From: Octopus sinensis
Lineage: Eukaryota
Assembly (NCBI RefSeq): GCF_006345805.1
Contig: NC_043015.1
Span: 16,058,001-16,122,000 of the forward strand
Length of the DNA: 64,000 nucleotides
Direction of reading: 5' to 3'
The notes under the pieces were generated by a model. That model worked only from the letters and a program-made list of their open reading frames with translations. It did not search any database and was not told the DNA's origin. Below, piece by piece: positions 14,371-28,147 of this stretch. The translations under genes and the position numbers were made by a program. Numbering within the stretch: position 1 is the stretch's first letter; every line of letters begins with the position of its first letter.

Positions 14371-14423
14371 GAGCTTCTACAGGACTAGAACTGTTTCATT
14401 CAAGAGAAATCTTCAGGAAGCTC
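14371..14423 (-). ncRNA. Minimal type I hammerhead ribozyme motif (mirror copy)
   Basis: Exact reverse complement of 14425-14477, followed on the - strand by AATAAA and about 70 nt of 3' tail ending in (TA)n. Confidence 0.8.
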
Positions 14424-14424
14424 A

Positions 14425-14477
14425 GAGCTTCCTGAAGATTTCTCTTGAATGAAACAGTTCTAGTCCTGTAGAAGCTC
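14425..14477 (+). ncRNA. Minimal type I hammerhead ribozyme motif
   Basis: Helix I GAGCUUC/GAAGCUC (7 bp). Core CUGAAGA at 14432-38. Helix II UUC/GAA with UCUU loop and a U.U closing pair. GAAA at 14451-54. Helix III ACAG/CUGU with 8-nt loop. GUA cleavage triplet at 14468-70. Fold read by eye; activity untested. Confidence 0.8.
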
Positions 14478-14481
14478 CTTC

Positions 14482-14542
<61 letters not shown>

Positions 14543-14703
14543 CACATAGAGGGATGTCCACTTAGTGGCCATCCCTCTTATATGTATGTAAAATAATTTT
14601 TCTGAATCCTCAGACTTTTCAATATGCTAGACCACTGGTTTTAAATTAATATTAATCAAATTAATATTCAATTTTTCACCATTATTATTTTAAACTTATA
14701 ATA

Positions 14704-14763
<60 letters not shown>

Positions 14764-16979
14764 ATATAAATCCTTTAATGATTATGTTAATATAACAAAA
14801 TAGAAACTGCCAATGTAACCATATCATGTTACTTGCAACAGATTCTCTCTTATATAAATTCTCTACTATCCAACTCTTTTATCACAGAAGCTCTTAGACT
14901 TTTCTTCAGTGTTTACATTTTTGCAACCGGAAACATCTCAGATTCCTTAATGTATTTTCCGTATCTTTCTCTGACCAGCTTCATTCCTTATGTATATAAT
15001 TGTCATCACTGCTGGTCAATTTAGTTCTTAACTTATTTTCTGCTATGATAAAAGTGTAAACAGAAGGAATATTGTTTAGAATAAGTTTTGAGTAGGAAAT
15101 TAATATCTTTCAATTTCTTAAAAGAACAACTGATGTTCATTTTTGGAAAAGTTTTTGTGGCAATGTTGCTAGAACCTGCTCCATGTCTTACTTATGACTC
15201 ATTTTTTTTTTTTTTACATTGGTGCTAAGAAACAAAAAGACCACCCAGAAAGATAAACAAGCAATTAAAGAAATAAAAAATAAAACACTGGTCTAGTTTA
15301 TTCTATAAATGTGGTTCATTTCAATGTTCTGTTTTTGTCATAATTTTTTTTTTACATGTTCTGATTTAAGCCAAAACAGAACCAGTTTGTTAAGCTATTA
15401 GTGTAACCTGTTTCTATATCACTTTATATTTTTCAATTGTCTACATCAGCAAATACCAGCCCAAATATGGGTCAAAATCACAAGAAATATTGCTTGAGTG
15501 CATACATTTTTGCATTGCATTGTAAAATTGCATTCATTTAAACATACATGAAAATGTATATATAATTTGTATGTGAGGGTATAAACAATAGCTAAAGAAG
15601 TGCATCTGTGTGGGTGTGTTTAGTGCTAATAATGTGATTTAATTTTGCAATAGTATAAAATGACAAGCTAGTTGGATTTGTATTACTAACTGCTTGAGAC
15701 AAGGTTCATCCACAAGACTATAACATATTGCACTTCCTGTGCCATATACTAAAACATAAATAAAAGCTCATTTCAATTTCTTAATTTCAATCAAGCTTGA
15801 TGCAAATAAGCTAATATAACATGGCAAATCACAGATGAATATTAAACTAGCTAAACCATTTAGAGGTTCTGTCAGTTTTAACCCTTAAAGACCACTTAAA
15901 TTAGCAGCACTCATAATAGTTACTCTAAAATATACCGTTCCATCATCAAATCATTTCAATCCAGAATCAAGGTAAAATGAGAGCAAGTAAAAGATTATAA
16001 ACGAAGATATAAAAGTTTAACTATAAAACTATCTTCCCTCCGAAATAACTAAAGAAAAACTAAAACAAATTGTGTTTCTTATTGACATTATATCTTCATC
16101 TTTCTTTTTCCTTTTTCTTTTTCATCATTATCATCATCATCGTTTTTGTCATCATCATTCATCATCATAATTGGCTTGCTAATTATGCTTTCAAACTTAC
16201 CAATGTGGTCTGCTTTCTGTAGCCCCATTATGGCTTGAAACAGAGCATGGATAGTGTCCTACATGACTAAGTTTCAAAACAATTTTATTATGGTACTCTA
16301 TTTCCATATTATTGTTATTGTAATTTGAACAACTGCATGCAGGAATTATCTTCAGTTCCTATAATTTTCTCCAAAACAGTTACATACTCGTATCCTATTC
16401 ATGTGTTTTATCTTAAAGTTAGCCATAAGAAAAAGATGGAAGAAGACAGATATACTCCAATATAAATGAAAAGGGATTTGGAATTTGTTGATAGCTATTG
16501 AAATTTTGAAATAATAGGAAATCTCCAGATTTTTTCATATTGCATCTGGTCTAAGCCAGTAACAACGGCAAGCCTGCTTGGACAACCAGCGGAACCAAAA
16601 GCAGAATGGACTCAGATGAGTCAGTTGCCATCCAATTCCATGATATATATGCATGCACAAGGTCTTAGAGATTTCTGGTTTTGTTCCCATGAGCACATTT
16701 TGCCAACCAGGGTGGATTGGACTCTATCGCAAAGCCAACTGACCCAGGAGATGAATAATTCTAACAGAAAACCTGAGGTATATTGTTCTTTGAGTTTGTG
16801 GAAAACATTTGCACCAACTTACATTTTCTATATTAGAAATGGCGGAGTAATTCTCATAAATACACTCATGAATGAAGAACTCTAAATACTTACACACTTA
16901 CTTTTCACCAACACATACCTTTTTATACCCTATATTTCTCTGGAACATCTACATGTATCCTATACATTTCATACCTACA

Positions 16980-17420
16980 TGAGCAGAATAACAACAGTGG
17001 GAGGAAGAGGAGATCAACAAAGGCATATTTGAGAATGATAGCATGTATGAGAGGTATTAAAGATGAGATATGGCAGACCTAAGATGTAGCTCAAAGGAAA
17101 GGGAAAGATCACTGAAGGCACAGAAAGGGATTGATCAGTAAAATTTCTGTAGAAAGGGATGATAATGAGAATGAAGAATGGATGTTAATAGAAGGCGATT
17201 CCAAGAGGAGAAGGGGATAGATAGTAGTACAAAACAGTGAGGATGATGAAATATGTGGTGATACTGCTCTCAACTAATTACAAATGCCACATAGTACCAT
17301 TGGGTGTTGGGAGGATGAGATGTGGGAAATGCTTGAGGTAGCAGATTGGATGCAGAATCAAGGTCTGGCATGTACAACCAGATGTACATTTAAATACGCT
17401 TTACAAAGTTCAATGTACTT
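16980..17420 (-). mobile_element. CR1-like LINE RT 3' relic
   Basis: Minus translation IELCKAYLNVHL resembling LYKAQ.RPHLEYC; heavily decayed. Confidence 0.45.
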
Positions 17421-18193
17421 TTTAGATTTGTGTGTGTGTGTGTGTGTATGTGTGCGTGTGTGCATGTGAGTGATTGTTATTGTTATTGTTGTAGTATTTG
17501 TTAGCCTTTTGGGTACCATAATAAGATGTATGTATGTGATCTGCACCTAAAAAGCCTTGTTTTGGTCTTATTAGCAGGATAGTGTTTGCTATGACTGCAA
17601 AGGCTCACACTGGAATGACTGACTCTCTTGGCTGTAGCAATAGAATTTGAAGGCAGTGTCTACCAATCTTGTCCTAGTGATGTGTGTGTATGTTCTAAGT
17701 ATTCCTTGTTGATAAAACTGATTCCTGTCCTAGTTTCATAAGTATTTTGTAACAACTATAATGTTGAAGTTCTTAGTTTAGTTGAATCATTTTAATATAG
17801 CATAGAATAAGTCAACATTTACAAGTGAGGTCAACGGTGTAGCTACATAATTAAAGCAAAATCTGCAAAAAAGAAACTTCAAAAAATGGGGGGTTTTTTT
17901 CAAATTTAAACCAGCCTATGACTGCCTGACATTTTCTTGACATTGACTGAAAAGTTAAATTTTAAAGTTTATTGGTTCTATTTGCTTGTGCCATAGCAGA
18001 TGGTGTAATATAAAAAGTTATTATTGTGCAGCTGAGTTCACTAGACAGGAATAATGTCAAATAGACTGATATTCCTGCTTTACAGGAGCCTTTCAAGATT
18101 CCGTCTTATATGCAGCAACAGTCTTAAGAAAGCATATTGCTCTTCAACTATCCCTCTTCCCCACTCTCATTCTTTCTCTCTCTCTATTTCTTT

Positions 18194-18266
<73 letters not shown>

Positions 18267-18717
18267 TATATATATACACTCACTCATGTATACTCGAATA
18301 CGTACACTTTCTGTACTTTTTTACTTTTGCGTATTTCCTGTTCTGGTTTATCACATTTCTTCTTATACTGCAAATAACCAAAATAATCTTTAAAATACAA
18401 GGAATTCTTCAGGTTGGTTAAATTGATTTGGTATATCATAGGGTTTTAATCCAAAAGTTCAGTAGTAAAAACAGAGGGAAAGAAAGTAGGAACAGTGAGA
18501 GGGAATTCTACAAAACTTTCTGACGTATGGATATAGGCAGAGGTTTGTTTCTCAACCATATGGTGTTGGGCTCAGTACCACTGCTTGGTACCTTGAGCAA
18601 TATCTTTTACTGCAGCCCTGTGCTAACCAAAGCCTTATGAATAGATTTGGTAGATGGAAACTATATGTGTATGTGCATATGTATATATTTTTCCACCTTG
18701 TAAGAATAATGTTGCCC

Positions 18718-18748
<31 letters not shown>

Positions 18749-18767
18749 CAAACACATATATATATAT

Positions 18768-18846
<79 letters not shown>

Positions 18847-19223
18847 AAATGAAGTACAGGGCAATCATAGATATAAGCATTCAAATATTTCCCAATCACA
18901 CACATAAATATACTCAAAGAAATTTGGAATGATCACTGTTTTGATCTTCAGAGTTGTACGTTTCCATTACACATGCATAGAAATGCCTCCGTTATGCATG
19001 CACACACTCACACATTCCCCACACACACACAAGCATACACATACATTCACATACCTCCCTTTTGCATATACACATGTAAACACATATACTCACACAGAGT
19101 TGAATGGCTGTCTTTTACTTTATTCTGTTGAGAACAGAAGAAACACTCTGCATTCTTCTTTCTCAAACAGTCATTACTTTCTCTCATTCTCTTAGTCTTT
19201 TCCATTGTTTATACTACATTTAT

Positions 19224-19297
<74 letters not shown>

Positions 19298-19319
19298 AAT
19301 AAATAAATAAACATATACG

Positions 19320-19355
<36 letters not shown>

Positions 19356-19930
19356 ACTATAAATAAGGGTATCTGAGAGACACAACCATGCCGAAATAGC
19401 AGTCAAACCCTGACTCTAAAAACCACCTAAAATGTTCATATCGCACCATCAGATAAGACAGAGAGACAAAATAAACTAGCAAAAAGATATTAATGAATAA
19501 TTCAAAATCCTGGATTTCTAGCTTTGCTTCAAATAAGCTCTGCTTTTGTCAGTTGAATATACCACATTTGCAGATAAATACAAATATATATATACAGAAC
19601 AAACATTATACTTACATATACGAACGTCCATACATACATATATATGCATGTATGTACAAGGCCAGATTTGAATTGCCCGCCAAGTACCTCATTGGCGTGA
19701 TATGGTCAAAATAAACACCACAGTGAATATAGTGATGAATTATATAAATTTATATATATATATATTATATATATATATACGTGTGTTATATTTATATATG
19801 CATGTATATATACATGTAGATGTCGGTACGTACATATGTTTGTATGTATGCATATATTTTATTTATTATATATATATATGCATATATATACATATATATA
19901 TATATAAACATATACGTGTGTATATATATA

Positions 19931-20001
<71 letters not shown>

Positions 20002-20240
20002 AACATATACGTATATATATATATATGTATACACATATATATATGCGAATATATCTATATATATATATATTATATATATATATAAACATATACGTATATA
20101 TATATATATATGTATACACATATATATATGCGAATATATCTATATCTATATATATATATATATTTGTATCTATGTATATGTGCGTGTGTGTGCAGTTGTA
20201 TACTTATATGTATATAAGTTTACATGTGTGTGTGTGAGTG
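19224..20240. repeat. (TA)n-rich microsatellite fields (19224-19357, 19740-20240)
   Basis: Direct reading; 83-bp higher-order duplication at 20001/20084. Confidence 0.92.
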
Positions 20241-20334
20241 TACATACCATACTTGCATACTCATTTGTGACAACTTGCATTGGTCTCTATTCTGGCTGAG
20301 AGGCAAGAAGTTAAGATGGGGTTATATTGGTTTC

Positions 20335-20518
20335 AAGTTTTGGCACAAGGCCAGCAGTTTCAGGAGAGGGAGTAAGTTGATTACATCAACAGAAGTGTCC
20401 AACTGGTACTCATTTTATTGAAAGGCAAAGTTGACCTCAGTGGCATTTGAACTCAAAATGTGAAAACAAATGGAATACCACGTAGTATTTGCTCTGCATG
20501 CTAACAATTCTGCCAGAT
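20335..20518 (-). mobile_element. tRNA-headed SINE, Nin-like core
   Basis: Same head/core motifs as the other copies. Confidence 0.7.
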
Positions 20519-21124
20519 GGGAAAATGTTATCATCAAAGTCTATGAAGTTTGGATTTTTGTAGAAATATAATCCAGTTCCTTTTGCTTGAACACATAGAC
20601 TTCTGTCACAATAAATGGAGAATCATGTTTAAAAAACAATTATTTTACATAAGTTCACATTAGTATTTAATTTGAAACATGAAAGAAGTCTAGGAATAGT
20701 TGACATTTAGAATGTAACATTCCATCATTTAGAATTTGCAGTTTTGAAATTTGTTCACCTCTTTGTATAATGCATTTCGGAGGTAAAGTATTTATTCCAC
20801 ATGTTTCTGAAATATTTTTATTCAGAATTAGGCCAAGAAATAAGCAATAAATTACTTGACAAGCATCATGTAGAGATTTGTAAAGCTTCTGGCTTATCTG
20901 GCCCTTTAGTGGGATTATCACAGTCCTTTTTATAACTTAACATGTAGTTTATCTAAGACAATATTATTATCTGTGTCCTCCCCTTTTGAAAGCATTATAG
21001 TGTGCATTGACAGAGACTCATTTGCCTGTTATTTTTGTTAGGTCAAGCAAGACCTGTAAGAAATAGCAGACACCTCTCATCAAATTCCTCCAGCAGACTG
21101 GCAGCCGCAGTTAGCATTTAACAT

Positions 21125-21340
21125 ATATTTCTTTACTACCCACAAGGGGCTAAACACAGAGGGGACAAACAAGGACAGACAAAGCGATTAAGTCGATTCC
21201 ATCGACCCCAGTGCGTAACTGGTACTTAATTTATCGACCCCGAAAGGATGAAAGGCAAAGTTGAACTCAGAACGTAACGGCAGACGAAATACGGCTACGC
21301 ATTTCGCCCGGCATGCTACCGTTTCTGCCAGCTCGCCACC
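21125..21340 (-). mobile_element. tRNA-headed SINE, Nin-like core with an alternative 3' tail
   Basis: Well-preserved core (CpGs retained) but tail CCCCTCTGTGTTTAGCCCCTTGTGGGTAGTAAAGAAATA differs from the other copies. Confidence 0.75.
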
Positions 21341-21719
21341 TGTCTAGTATCACAGTGAAATTTTTCTGTATTTATGACTTTGAGCAACCACAGAATAGGA
21401 ATGGTAATAAGCTATTTCATAAGTGGCTAAAATTTTAACTATAAAATGTGTGTGTGCACTAGCAAAGATATAGAAGGTTTTCTCTGTAAGACAAAAAGGG
21501 GAGCAGTTTATCTACTTATGTAGCTGTTACATTACCCGTCATTCTCATGAAACATAACAAAACTACTTGGTGAAGCTTATGTAGAAAAGGCATGGTTATG
21601 CTAGTTATAGCAGTCAGCATTATACATGCCATTTCACCCTGCAAGTAAAAGATAGAGGGTTCAACTCCTCTGGTAAGGTTTACTTTTTTTTGTCTTCAAT
21701 TGCAGTTGAATACATCTAA

Positions 21720-21769
<50 letters not shown>

Positions 21770-22564
21770 TGTGTGTGTGTATTCTCACACACATACACAC
21801 ATAGACACACACACACAGATTAGATGTATATATGTGTGTGTGAGTACATATATATATATATATACATTCACACACACATATATACATATGGATATAAATA
21901 TATATATATATATGCATGTACATGTGTGTGTGTGCTTGCATGCATATGCATGCAAGTATGTATAGTAAGTCTCATAACCCATCATCATGAAGTGGTTCTT
22001 GAGAAATTCAGCTAACATTAGGTTACTAATATTAGAAGGTTACACATCATCCTGAGATAAGATGAGAGATATTCGGGGGGTGGGGGTGGGGATGGGGGTT
22101 ATTAAATCACAAAAGCAAGAAATCAGGGTAAAATAAAGGACCAAAATGAACAAAAGTTTTCCCCTTCTAGAACACTTGCTACTTCATGATTCCTCACATA
22201 AGCAAATATTTCACCAATGCAATTAGACTGACTTTAGGAGAAGAGCTAAACATGCAATTTACCAATGTAAGACTTTGTTTTAAAAGCTACTTGTACAAAA
22301 AGCAAGCTGCTAATTCCTACAGAATTTGCATACTGGCAAACAGACTGATAAAAAATGCTGGCAGATACTTTAGATCTCACGTAATGTACTCTATTGAATA
22401 TATGAAATGTATTACATAGGCAGTATGTTCCACTTTAGAGAACACTGGAATGTAGCAGCTTTGTCCATTAAAGGTCATATTGACAGCTTCAGAACAGTGA
22501 AGTTATAATTTCTACCATGACATTCAATAATTTTATATTAAAGAAGCAATATTTATTGTGTCTT

Positions 22565-22757
22565 AGGTGGCAACTGGCAGAATCATTAGCACACCAAGAA
22601 AAATACTTTATGTTCTGAGTTCAAATTCTGCTGAGGTTGACTTTGCCTTTCATCTTTTGAGGTTAATAAAATAAGTACCAGCTTCACACTGGAGTTGATA
22701 TAATCGATTTACCCACTTTACTGAAAATACTGGTCTTGTGGTAAAATTTGTAACCAA
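22565..22757 (+). mobile_element. tRNA-headed SINE, Nin-like core
   Basis: AGGTGGCAACTGGCAGAATC head, GAGTTCAAATTC B box, GCCTTTCATC core. Confidence 0.75.
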
Positions 22758-23542
22758 TATTTATTGTCTCTAGAGTCATAGATTAACATTTGTGATGAGC
22801 TTCTTAACTGGAAACAAATTATTGTATGATTTCAATATCATGCACCTATCTTTGGCATGTTTTATACCTATCTCAGCACATGTCATAACAGTTTTAATAC
22901 TCATTGCAATTGGTTTCTCATTTCAACTTTTTTAGTTCATATTTACAGTTTCTTAAAGCTATAATATAAAATTAATTTATTCTTATCAAACTCTGAAATT
23001 TTAGTAATCATAATTAAGTACCAGATGAAGTGAGAATAAGAAGCTTCTCTTTATTTTCTGAAAATACAACTAATACAATAAATAAGCATAACATTGTGTG
23101 TGTGAGTTGTTTGTATGCATATATATATATATATAGTATATAATATTATTATAGTATATTTATCCTCCTAAAACTTTGCATTCATGGTAGTACATTAATA
23201 AAAATGCCCATTGGTAGTAGATTTTGGAGACAGCATTTAGAAACATCTGTGGTGAAATGCAGAATTACTTTACAGTTTTTTGATTGGTTAAACTTTGCTG
23301 CATTGCATAACATTCTGCAGCTAGATTCCACTGATCTCAACAGTACAATGTTTTATGTTTAATATCTTCTTATGCTTAACTTTGCCCATATGTGGTTGGA
23401 AGCATGAGAACACAAATTCAGGTTAATTAAGAAATATTTGGATTATTGGCTTAAAATTTCTTAGTCTTTTTTACTTTAATTATAATTATTATATACATAT
23501 ATAACAAATATATGTATGGATATGTGTGTATGTACACACACA

Positions 23543-23589
<47 letters not shown>

Positions 23590-24678
23590 TTACATATTAA
23601 TTGCAAAATTTGATATTTATGTTAGTATATACATTTCTCTATTATTATGATATAGTCTTTTAAAACAGACATTCTGAAGCAGAAAAAAGATTTGACAAAA
23701 GGAAAAAAAAGTGCTCAAAATTACCCAAATCACAGCTGTTAGCTTCATCATATCATAATACTTTTAACTTCTCTATTATCTATAAGCTGTTTTGAAAAGT
23801 GCTATACTACAGACTTAATACCTAAGTTTTCATCTTTGCTTTTATAATTTTAATGACATCTCATAACTTCATTGTGCATGTCTTCATTTTCATATGTAAT
23901 AAAATTGCCATACATAATAAAATTCTACTTCTAAGTACAACCACAATTTTTCATTCAAAATGTTTAACTACATTGTATCTATTATGTCCGGTTGCAAAAG
24001 TTCAATGTACAACAGGATTTAATCACCACATATTTGATATCTGAATGTGAAAACATTCTAAAGAACAGAATGAATAATATAAAAAAAATCTTCTTTCAAG
24101 AATATCTCAAATGTAGATTTTGAAGCACACCCCTCAGACAATTTATAAATTTTTCCCTGTTAACCTCCAGTGTTGGTGAAACAAATAATCTCGGTAATTT
24201 CCTGTTTTCAAATTATGACTATAAGGGACTCTGTGGCATTCATTATTAAATATTGGCAGTATGGAAGTGTAGATAAGTTATTCACTTTTCAATCATATGT
24301 TTGCAGGTTCAGCACTACTGCAGACAGAATTAATATTGAAGTTAAACAGACAAAATTAATTTTGAAGTTAAATTTCTAATGTCAATAAAATCGAAGACTC
24401 GATTACACTGCTAACTTAGGCTACTACTCTATCATATAAAGCCACAATGCTAAAAAGAATTAGGTACTTCACTTCTTCCTAATATTTACTTCTATACATC
24501 TTCTTGATGGCAAAAATGTGTTCTAAAAAGACATTGCAGAGATTTGAACTAGTAAACGGAGGTACAGAAGTGGTATGAACAAAGAAATATAGATACTGTA
24601 CTTCTACTTCCCAAAAATCTTCCTTGTTTCTTCAGCAGTTCCATTATAATACTAAAATACCATCCAATGCAGAAATAA

Positions 24679-24695
24679 ATGACATCAGTTTGCAT
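24679..24695 (+). CDS. Candidate start-codon exon of the collagen IV gene (exon 24636-24695; coding part MTSVC + AT, phase 2)
   Basis: Strong acceptor cttccttgtttcttcAG (24634-35) and perfect donor CAT|GTGAGT (24696). ATG at 24679. The phase-2 end joins the 28148 candidate in frame. A 3-codon uORF (MQK*) lies immediately upstream. Inferred from splice signals and frame only. Confidence 0.4.
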
Positions 24696-27600
24696 GTGAG
24701 TTCATTTACATTTGTCTCTCAGCATCAATGTGTATGTATGCTACGAAGTATGAACATTGGTTTGCATATATAAAAACTGATATGTGTCTTATGATTTGGA
24801 CATTAATGTGGAATTAAAGTTCAGACCTAGAGATTATGGACAGAGTGGAACAGAAGAAGGAAAGAAAATATAGGAAGAAGAAGTAAATGTAAATATCTGT
24901 GTTGTTAGTGTTATTATTTGCTATGAAGAACTTATATGAACATTAAGAAAGGAGACAGAAAGAATTGCCAAAGAATGATACATAATTCATTTGTGTAACA
25001 ACTCTTAAAATACAGGATATTTTGACACCCAACAGGATAACAAAGGAATTAACTTGACAAAATAGAAATGAAAGGTCACATATAAACACCTAATAACATT
25101 TCCTTTCAGAGCAACTGATACAATATAGGGAAATAGATTAGAGACTGATCAACTATAATTATATCTGCTCCAAGCAAATCATTTCCTTTTTCATTCTCAC
25201 ATGTTTATTTTTATGGCTGTTTCCTTTCTCTTCTTTCATGATAATGTAACATATATTTTCTTCATTAATTTTTTTTCTTTGGGTACTATACTTATTGCCT
25301 GGATGCCTATGTTGATAAACATGCCAATTCAATAATAACTTTAGGGTACTGGCTATTTCAATAAATTTTGATGGCAGGAATTGTCAAAGAAAAATCCATA
25401 AAAGAAAAAAAAAGAGCAAGCGTAGATGCAACTGTTTTGATAAAAGAAAACTAATGTGATGAATGAAAGAGCTCTAGGAAAACATGTTTACCATTATTAA
25501 CAGACAGTTACAGATTAATAGTAAAAATAATTTCAATATTTAGACAGAAAATTTAAATTGCCACAATTTATTACATAAATTCAATGTCCAAGGATGCTGC
25601 ATGACTGGATGATTAAGAAGTTTGTTTTACAAACACAAGGTCCTGTGTTCAATCTCATGATGTGGTATCTTTTGGCAAGTGCCTTTTATAGTTTCAAGTT
25701 GATCAAGCCTTGGGAGTGGAATGGGATAGTTGGAAACTGAGTGGAATCCTCTCAGACAAATTTGATCTATAATTTAAGATTTCAGCTTTGTCACATACTG
25801 TTATACTGATTTTGCTTAGGAAATACATTAAGAGGTCCACATGTCTACAGACTGCTTAATCTCTTGGTAATTCATTGAGCAGGGAGTCAGTTAATGAAAC
25901 AACTGTATGCTCATCATCGAAACTGATGGAAAGCCATTTTACTTTGAAAGTATCTACTTCATACTTCAACAATTTTACCAATCCACCATTCTGAATGGAA
26001 AAGATATATTAAATTGAATCAGTCCAATGTATTTTTAGTATTATCGCGCGCACGTGTGTGTGTGTGTACGTGTATACACGCACATATATATATATACTTA
26101 TGTACACACATACACACACACTTACATATTCTTTTACTTGTTTCAGTCATTTAACTGCAGCCATGCTGGAGCACCACCTTTATATATATATATCTCATAG
26201 TACCAGAAATATACTGTGTTGCACACATGCACACCAGAGAGAGAGCGACAGAGACAGGAGGCAAAGAAAGCAATATCAACTTTGGCAAAACTTGAACCCA
26301 GTACACTGAAGTATAGCAAAATTGTCTCCCCTACTCTCAGTTGAATAATAATTATGATGTAATAGTTAACAGACTATTTGCTAGTAATTATCAACAACAA
26401 CAAAAGCACAATGAACTTATATAGCAAATGTTACTTCAAAAGTAATAGATATCTTTATTAATAGTTTGTCTGAGTCAGTTGGTATAAACAGGAACCACCT
26501 ACACAATATTCAACAGAGAAACGGCAGCCTGGAAATATATTAGTACTAACATAACATTCTGCTAGCTTAGCCTTGCTAGAAATAACTTGTCTGTAGAATT
26601 GTGAGACTAAATGGCAGACCAACGAATAGGGTGTAATGTTTATAGCTTTTAAAGGAAGGATGGGAGGGATATAGAGGACAAAAAGGAGCAGGAGTAGGTG
26701 AAGGGTAATAGTATTTTTTTTTTTTTCAGTTAGTAAGTAGAAAATATGAGTGCCTAAATCCACATGGGTTGTTACAACATGTTTTCCATGCTCACATGTC
26801 TGACTTACCAAACCTAAGTTCAACCCACATATCACACTCTACATCACCTTAACCCTGTCCCACTTTCTCATCAGAATCTTACCCCACACACTAGCTTACA
26901 GTTATCCAGGAGGTAGCATTGAGTTTCACTAAAATTTGCTATACTTTCCCCTTACCAGATTCTTCCTCTCTTGAATACACAAGTTAAGGGAGGGTTGAAG
27001 AAAGAAGTAAAACTACTGGAAATTATGTATGTGGGCTAGATGAACTTGAATGTGAGCTTCCACATCTGGGTGTTGTCCATTCTATGACAGAACAGCTGCT
27101 GAGATGGCTACAAAAAAAAAAAACACTTGTGGCTCACTCAAATTTGTTAGCTAATAAAGTAGACAATTTTTATTTTTCAAATGGTAAACTATATATAAAC
27201 ACAGATGCGAACACAAGCATACTTCTACACAGACACCTAAATGTGTACCTCTATATGTATATGCGTGTGCACATATATGTAGGTTGTGTGTGTGTGTGTG
27301 TGTCTGAAAGTGAAGCTGATAAATGTATTTGTTTTAATGTATGTCTATATCTGTCACCACGGCTGTTAAGTGGTGGTTGTCTATCAATGCATTTGTTTAT
27401 GTATTGTATGTGTGAGTGTGTAAATGTCTCAAATATCTTTGCATACACACACACACACAGATGAATTCCTATAATATATCTATATACAAAGGTATATGTA
27501 TTTGATCTAAGGAGTGCATGTGACTCCAGTGATGTTGCCCTACTGTTGACACTGATGCACGATTACATAGCACCACGAATGTCTTCCTTATTGTTAATGA

Positions 27601-28147
27601 GAATCTTCTATCATAGTTAGTAATATGGGGCGATAAGGAGAAGATTAATGTTGTTCAGCTCATAACTCACTTGCTTTCATAATTGCTTTCAAGAGTTCTA
27701 TTACACAGTAATTTCATGCAAAGAACAGGAACCCACTTCTTAAATATACTTTTGTAGGTGAGAGAGAAAAGGCTAGGTAGAGAGTGAGAAGTGTTAGAAA
27801 TAGAAACAGAGAGGGAAAAAATGTGTGTGGTCAAGACACTGCAATAACATTACCACCTTCAGATTATTGAGAAAAATTAAATCAATTTGGTACATATGTA
27901 ATGTTTACAACATTTTGTATATAGTTACAAAAAAAAAAGTGTATGCTGATGATGCAGGAAGGGGTATATGTATAGTGTGCAGTACTGCTCTTAGCCAATG
28001 ACATGACAATAAATTTGTGAAAAACAGTATTCTCTTTCTCAGGTTTCAAAAATAATATCATTTTCTTTTGTTGCTTTTTCTTCTATGTTTAAGATACTCT
28101 ACAATTTCTTTATGGTAGCTACTTGGCAATGCATCATCCCTATTTAG

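Larger units (their letters stand above)
14285..14490. mobile_element. Penelope-like element terminal (pLTR) remnant with inverted duplication
   Basis: Perfect 66-bp arms centred on 14424, hammerhead plus poly(A) signal, embedded in (TA)n. Minimal hammerheads and inverted termini are known traits of Penelope-like elements. Family assignment is inferred. Confidence 0.6.

Noticed and set aside
16195-16258. Minus-strand exon-like segment with a GTAAGT donor
   Set aside because: No recognisable protein, no partner exons, adjacent to a (CAT)n repeat tail.
16551-16631. Minus-strand 26-aa hydrophobic ORF MATDSSESILLLVPLVVQAGLPLLLA as a possible alpha1(IV) first exon
   Set aside because: No canonical GT donor, no downstream minus-strand collagen exons, and it lies in repeat-like DNA.
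26471-26636. TGAGTCA plus GTATAAACAG followed by ATG GCA GAC CAA CGA ATA GG as an alternative first coding exon
   Set aside because: The donor GTGTAA is poor compared with the 24695 GTGAGT candidate, and such short motifs are expected by chance.
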